Shown: positions 58,701-64,000 of the stretch, piece after piece | Layout: every line of letters starts with the position of its first letter | Numbering within the stretch: position 1 is the stretch's first letter | Assembly (NCBI RefSeq): GCF_964355755.1 | Contig: NC_092678.1 | Coordinates: forward strand, 1,690,422-1,754,421 | Direction: 5' to 3' | DNA length: 64,000 nt | From: Antedon mediterranea | Lineage: Eukaryota; Animalia; Echinodermata | The notes under the pieces: generated by a model | The model's database searches: none | Seen by the model: the letters and a program-made list of their open reading frames with translations, nothing else | What the model was told of the DNA's origin: nothing | Position numbers and translations under genes: made by a program

Positions 58701-61700
58701 ACACTGCGAAGTAATATAACATGCTGAAATATAGGATGCAATCACAATACATATTTTATGTTTACTTGGATGTTTACAGAATCAATTATTACAACAGAGT
58801 CGAGAGTGAATCATAGTCGTATAATGTTTATGCACGTTATTTGCGGACATTCTCAGTTTCATGTGTTTTGTACAGTGAAATATTCAATTTAGATTTTTGA
58901 AGGACGCGTAATAAATAATGTGTTTTATTTAATTTATTTCTAAATTAAATTTCTAAATTGTATGTGCTATTGCTACAAAGTTATAGAATTAATTTAGTAA
59001 TTTAATATTTATATGTCTATTTTATTTAGAGAATAATATAATGATTGATGATATATGAATGATGAATCTTTTGTAATATTAACCAAAATGACACACATTT
59101 ATGACTAGTTCTATATTTCCATATACATATTGCACCATGTATTAAGATCCTTCAATTGAAATTTTTATTGTTTTTCTTTCTGCCCTATCTGTCTACCAAT
59201 GCGTAGATCTTAAGATTTTTTTTCCCAAAGCCTCAGGGCTTCAATTAAATTTGTATTTCTTGTTTTTTCTTTCTGCCTTATCTGTCTACCAGCATGTCAA
59301 TCTAGAGAAATCTTTACTTTCATTTTTCATTGTACATTATTAATGAAGTTTTACTTTCTTATTTTTCATACTAAAATAATATTGAGCCTCAGGACTTCAA
59401 TTGAAATTAAATTTCTTGTTTTTTATTTCTCTCTATCTGTGCATAGATCTAACAAATTCTTGATCCATTTTTTCACATTTATTTAACCTCGTCTTATTAG
59501 TCATTTAAAATGCTTGATATCGCAACAGATTGTTGAACTTAAAGTAACACAATCTCTAATAGCGTGAATCATTATTCGCTAGCAATAATTGATGGTATTT
59601 TAATAGTAATTAGCATACAATCAACCGTTACCGTGATCAAGCTTTTGTAGCACTGGCTCGACTTGATCCGCTTTTAAAAATCTATCATTCTGTCTCAATC
59701 TTTGGACGTTTAATTAGTATTTAATCTATAATTTGTCACTTTTGCTAGAGAGGATGAGTGATAAACTTACTCATTGCAACTTCTAATTTATTTTGGAAGA
59801 ATGAAATTGGAATTATTATCAGGCTAGAATATCTTGCTTTGTATCTAGATTCGTGCCATAGACGAATCCAAGAGGATGACCCTGTTCCACCCTACTGAAT
59901 TTTAATTTTTAGGTTCCGGGCCAGACTCTATGATGTTTGAAAATCTAGTATCCGTCACTCATATGTCAGAGGCTCTTTTGTTTTGCTTATCCAGCAAATA
60001 GAACACAGTGTTGTGATAGCATCTGCAACTACTCCAAATCTAGAAATCTGTATAATTGTAGTTTGTGTTACACAGGCAATAATCTTGTTCAAATTCACAT
60101 TTTTATTGGTCCTTTAGAAGTTCAACGTTTATATAATTTAAAAAAGTAATTACTCTGTGATAGATTAATCATTTTTTTAATATGATAGAATTTAAATGTT
60201 CAGCTAGATTAATCTTTCATACCCTTTAGTAGATTTACTCATAAAATTCATCATTCTGTCTCATAATTTTTCAAAGTAATATGAACGAGTGAATACCTGT
60301 CAAGTATGTTATTGACCTTCGGGAGATTTTCTACAAAATGCCAGTCAAGTGATTGTAAATGCGTTTGAGTATTTCAAACCCATATTGTTTCTCTACTTTA
60401 ATACTTATTAATGGAGAAGAGAGAGTTGTCGTTTTCTTTGTTCTCTCATCTATCATTCTCTAGTTGACATTTGTTATACTCAGTGGGGTAGATAGGATTT
60501 GTAGGATTTGTGAGTTGAGATAGGAGGTATACGTAGTGTGGGGAGTGCAATCATAGGAGGTACTCACTTAAGACCACAGCACCAACCATGGCTGATATGG
60601 GATGCATTTTAAAAAGGTATTTTGGCCCTTGGATAGGACTTTGTGCTAGGTTCAGTGTATGTGCTTAAAAAATTTAGGCTCTCCTCCACTAGGTGTAGGG
60701 ATTACCCTCTGGCCTAACACTACCCTCGGACCTGTGCGTAGTTTTCAACACAGACCAGTCATAACTTGACCTTGGGGATTATCACATTTTCCAAGATTTA
60801 TAAACAAATAATTGTTGTAAAAACAACAACTTGGAGGTACATGTAAGCACCCAAAGGTTGTGGGTTCAAATCGAATCAGAAAGCTTGATATTAAGGCATA
60901 ATTTGTGTGTGTTGAAATAAATATGAAATGTAAATATTAATATAAAATAATTATGTCTTCGATAAGGAGACAGCTATAATTAAAAATCCTCAAACCGAGA
61001 ATCTCCACTAATGTTACACAAGGCTGTCAGATGTTATACTGTTATTAATCGGACTATGTTGGAGTGCCACTTGTGTCAAGGTAGTTTGTATCTCCACTAA
61101 TGTTACACCAGGCTGTCAGATATTATACTGTTATTAATCAGACTATGTTGGAGTGCCACTTGTGTCAAGGTAGTTTGTATCTCCACTAATGTTACACCAG
61201 GCTGTCAGATGTTATACTGTTATTAATCAGACTATGTTGGAGTGCCACTTGTGTCAAGGGAGTTTGTATTCAATTAGTAGATGTTAAATTAGTGATCTGT
61301 TAATGTAGGCCATTGTTAACTCATTCCCTACGTCAGTTTCAACAACATAATAGTGGTCTCACAAAGAAAATATTGATTACATACATTTTCTCTAATAAAT
61401 TACATAACTGCTTAAGCTTATTCCCACTAGGACAAGTAAGTGACCAATGGCAATCAACAGCTCATTCAAGTCGTGTCTTGTCATTGGTCCTTATTCTTAA
61501 TGTTGCATCCAAGTTCGAACTTACTTTATAATTCACTTTTAATATTTTTAAATTTTGACACAATGACACACATACTATAATTTTATATGAGATCATATAT
61601 AAATATTGAAATATCTTTATCATTATGTGACAAGCTGAAGTAATATATTTTTATTTTAATATTTGTGCTGGTATTTTATATAATAATTTTTTTTTGACAG

Positions 61701-63405
61701 ACAAAATTGAGCTCTATTAAAGCTCTGTCCTAAATTGTTATGCTAAAAAAAAACTTGAGAGTCGAGAATTAGCCCAGCTCTGTCTTCACTATCAAATTTG
61801 TTGTGACAAAAAAATGTGATGTGCCCAAAAACTGTTTTTAATACCTGTATGTATCTTTACCATGCAAACAATATTGCTTTTTTTTTGTTGCAGTTTTTGT
61901 TTGATAAATGGTAAAACCATTAGTATTATTAATGCTCTTAGAAAATATGGACAAATTTAATACATGTAGAGTGAATATTGATTGTGAATATTAGTATTTT
62001 ATAATCTCGGAGATTTCTAGTATATTCCGACAGATTTTTTAGTAGTTGTATTTTGTAAACATTTTTTATTGATTACTAGGTCAACACAAATGTTTGTTAG
62101 TATCAGGTCACAGCTGTCATTAGCCCTAACCACAAAAGCGCTCTGAATATTTTTTTGGTCTCAAAGCATAAAGAATTCATGTTTTTAAAAAAACTATTAA
62201 TAATGAAGTATTAAATATTTGTTTTGGTTTTCAACTTGTACTCCTTCATTGTATGCTGTATTATATCTTATAAACCACGATGATTGTTTGCATATAGGTT
62301 ACTATGGTAACATAATCTGTATCCCTTTGAGTAGAGAATAGGTTCACCTGCCGAATGACATATTAATAGCGATGCTTGGTAATCATTTACATTTTACTTA
62401 TCATTTTCTCTTAAGTAGAATTCAAATACTCTCTTTAGACTTACTTAAGTAGAATGTTGTTCACTATTTAGCAAACATGCATGAGAATTTTTACAATATT
62501 ACTTTTTTCATTAACAATTTATACAGGATTATTGAAATTGTTGGTCTTTTTCTTAAAAAAGTTTTTTATATGCACATGCAGAATTCATCAGTTGAACTTG
62601 TAGAATATGAAGTACCCCCTCTATATTTTTTAATGATTAGACATTTACATCATTGACAGTAATTATTATAATGCCCTTACGTAAATTTATATATAGATAT
62701 TAACATTTGTGATCTTGTTTTTGTTATAGCCTATCTAGGTTCTTGACAGTAATTCTGATTTTTTTGGCAGACATGGCGTGTCATATGTATACTTGAGCTT
62801 GGTTACAAAAACATACCAAAATATCCGCTAGTGGCACTACGTACAGTAAAAGAAAATAACTTGTGGTCTAAAGCCATAGATTAATTATGGGATAGTTGTT
62901 AATGTATTCGCATTGTAGTTTAAGTTGTGATTGGTAAATTATGCTTTAGAGTTGATTATGATTGGTTAAGTTTCTCAACATATTTCATTCATGTGACCAT
63001 GTAATGATGTTCAAATATTCAATGCTGATACAGTGTCATTTTATTGTTTGGGGAATGTATTGTACTTTTAATTCTTTTTAATTATATATTTTAATATTAT
63101 TTTCAGATATTCTGCCTGATATTGGTAACTGGTTCACTGACAAACTTTCTTATATGTAACACAATTATTACTTATTAGTAATTTTAGTATTACTATATGT
63201 TTCCACACATTCTGTTTCTGTCTCCTTCTTGCTGCCTTTCTCCTTTATATGTATGGGTTTTGTTTCATGTTACAACCATATCACCATTTTGTGTTTTGTA
63301 ACTTCATTTCAGTTCCACCACCACAGGAACCCCCACCACCACCAGACTATGACCTCAATGGTGAAGATGAATTGAATGAGGATGGGGTACCATATCATCA
63401 TCAGT
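28716..63405 (+). CDS. Large N-terminal SH3-domain protein with a proline-rich disordered region (partial, continues beyond the window; family not assigned)
   Basis: SH3 exon 28716-28883 (AKFDY...LSFKKGD...WW...GYVPALYLE|gtaagt). Candidate phase-compatible exons: 31937-31990 (0-0), 51781-51844 (0-1), 53462-53533, 54999-55454, 57614-57679, possibly 63107-63124, and 63313-63405 (all 1-1). The SH3 domain is clear; linkage of the downstream exons is inferred from splice sites and phase only. Confidence 0.6.
29604..30415 (+). mobile_element. PIF/Harbinger-like deletion derivative with a decayed Myb/SANT-like (trihelix) ORF
   Basis: Inverted ends GGCCCTGTTTCTGCTGC and GCAGCAGAAACAGGCCC, with repeated ATACCGTAT/ATACGGTAT motifs. 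Internal 29962-30172 translates GEAKISGQLKGNKRDNHIYKDISKKIKQEYGIDLSPKQVNSKLKSLRK*YNIVKYNNSGRERINCPHYDVF. Confidence 0.7.
31330..31543 (+). mobile_element. 3' remnant of an L2-type LINE
   Basis: Encodes FKLKTHYF, followed by ...TTTATAAATGTTCGATATTATTTTATTATTATT, resembling the 3' end of the larger LINE. Confidence 0.5.
32347..32508. repeat. Long imperfect palindrome (about 160 bp), probably a hairpin-type non-autonomous element
   Basis: Arms CAAATAATGAATGTTTT...GGTGAATGATGAAAGGTTATATCAAC and GTTGATATAACCTTTCATCATTCACC...AAAACATTCATTATTTG around centre GAGGCAAAGCCGA. Confidence 0.85.
37454..37610 (+). repeat. About 23-bp degenerate minisatellite x7
   Basis: Consensus GGGATTTTCCCTGTTATTTGCTT, units starting near 37454, 37477, 37500, 37523, 37545, 37568 and 37591. 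Confidence 0.9.
38579..42000 (-). mobile_element. Decayed L2/CR1-group non-LTR retrotransposon (APE endonuclease plus reverse transcriptase)
   Basis: APE motifs WNARSL, ITESWL, IYRPP, VGDFNIH, GHTLDL, SDH (about 41510-40880). RT motifs NYRPIANLPF, LLDYSAAFDTI, GVPQGS, YADDTQLY. L2-type C-terminus LHWLPV...GDRAFAVAAPKLWNTLP...KLKTHLF. 3' tail (TTA)n at 38579-38600. In-frame stop at 40569-40571 and several frameshifts. The 5' boundary is approximate. Confidence 0.95.
43593..45967 (-). mobile_element. tRNA-derived SINE, apparently split by a DNA transposon insertion
   Basis: Head and core at 45967-45750 (minus strand: A box TGGCCGAGCGG, B box GGTTCGAGGC, core CGGATAAGGACTATAAACCGTAGGTCC). Probable tail at 43690-43593 ending in (AAAC)n; the tail assignment is inferred. 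Confidence 0.65.
43691..45747. mobile_element. Non-autonomous Tc1/mariner-type DNA transposon (about 2.06 kb)
   Basis: TA|CAGTACAGGACAGAATTATTGCA ... TGCAATAATTCTGTCCGGTACTG|TA: 23-bp terminal inverted repeats with one mismatch, TA target duplication, and many subterminal CGTTGA/TCAACG motifs. No transposase ORF seen. Confidence 0.8.
47731..48255 (+). repeat. About 170-190-bp tandem repeat x3
   Basis: Units begin TTGGTATT(A/G)GAATTAATTACATTATGTTA at about 47731, 47904 and 48095; the third copy is more diverged. Confidence 0.9.
48945..49004. repeat. Near-perfect 60-bp palindrome
   Basis: TGTGAATGATGGTCAAATCAGATGA-TATTATAATG-TCATCTGATTTGACCATCATTCACA, perfect 25-bp arms. Confidence 0.9.
49495..49951 (+). 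repeat. CT-rich low-complexity polypyrimidine tract (about 450 bp)
   Basis: Mostly C and T on the + strand; the overlapping F/L/S/P-rich ORFs are compositional artefacts. Confidence 0.9.
50940..51078. mobile_element. Harbinger-type MITE copy
   Basis: TTA-flanked AGCTCT...CACTATCAAAC / ATAGTGTAGACAGAGCT; interior matches 7908-8033. Confidence 0.8.
53765..53942 (-). mobile_element. tRNA-derived SINE-like element, second family
   Basis: Minus strand has A-box-like TAGCTTGGTGG and B box GGTTCGAGTCC followed by TTTTT; no convincing full cloverleaf. Confidence 0.5.
58243..58355 (+). repeat. About 64-bp tandem duplication
   Basis: AACTGAAAGTAAACAGTGTAT(AT)GATAAACGAAAACGAGCAAACCAAAATGTAGTTACTGCAGT occurs twice. 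Confidence 0.85.
58500..58627. mobile_element. Harbinger-type MITE copy (inverted relative to 7908)
   Basis: AGCTCTGTCTACACTATCAAA...TTTGATAATGTAGACAGAGCT with TWA flanks. Confidence 0.8.
61001..61269 (+). repeat. 89-bp tandem repeat x3
   Basis: Unit TCTCCACTAATGTTACAC...GTGCCACTTGTGTCAAGGTAGTTTGTA at 61002, 61091 and 61180, near identical. Confidence 0.92.
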
Positions 63406-64000
63406 GTACGTTATCATATCAAATTTCCTTCAAATCATTGTTGTCAACTTTCTTTTAGAACCTTCCTAAAATGCATTTACTATTTTAACCAATAATTCAA
63501 ATATTGTTAAAAGTCACTGTCAAACTTGATTCTATGAACAGTTGGATAAAATATCTGACCAAACCAAACTCATCCCTTATCCCAAAGCTACTTAGTATTA
63601 CAGTAGTAAATAAGTAAGTAATAATAGATTAAAATTGTCATCTATGTTTCTGGACATCTGAACAAATAAAATGAATAGATTATTATTATTATTATTATTA
63701 TTATTATGATAATAATAAGTTATTATAAGTTGTATGCATCTGAGATTGTAATGTACTGTAATAAGATTGTCATTCCTTCAGTCATCCTTTCCACAGGGTT
63801 GGTCCCATAGCCTGTGACAACTCCCGCATCTATATTCAAGGCAGCAGATGCTATTTCTGTCACATGCTATTTGGGTAGAGATCAGTAAGATCTCTTCAGC
63901 CCGATTAGGGTAATATTTTACATTAAGTACAAAAATCAACTGCTTTAATTTCCAGAATATTCTTTATTAAAATGATTTTAGAAATACTGTATGTTTTATA

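Overview
Intron-rich, AT-rich eukaryotic DNA from an invertebrate animal (possibly a deuterostome; inferred, not proven). Gene order: NAA10 (+, 801-4523), an EF-hand gene resembling EFCAB12 (-, 6044-10315), OTUD5/DUBA (+, 11165-16286), three tandem two-exon TRIM genes (-, 18478-28268), and the 5' part of a large SH3-domain gene (+, from 28716 past the window end). The introns of the SH3 gene hold a decayed L2-type LINE, tRNA-derived SINEs, MITEs and tandem repeats. The standout is the TRIM cluster. In all three copies a RING/B-box2/coiled-coil exon splices in frame, through a conserved phase-1 GT-AG intron, to an exon encoding two tandem dynein light chain LC8 (DYNLL)-like domains. I do not recognise this architecture among the described TRIM C-terminal classes. 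The RING part is nearly identical among copies while the LC8-like part has diverged strongly, and copy 2 has a 1-nt frameshift. One hypothesis is a TRIMCyp-like host-factor-as-bait immune E3 ligase family. All exon models were read by hand and need RNA-seq confirmation; no database searches were run.
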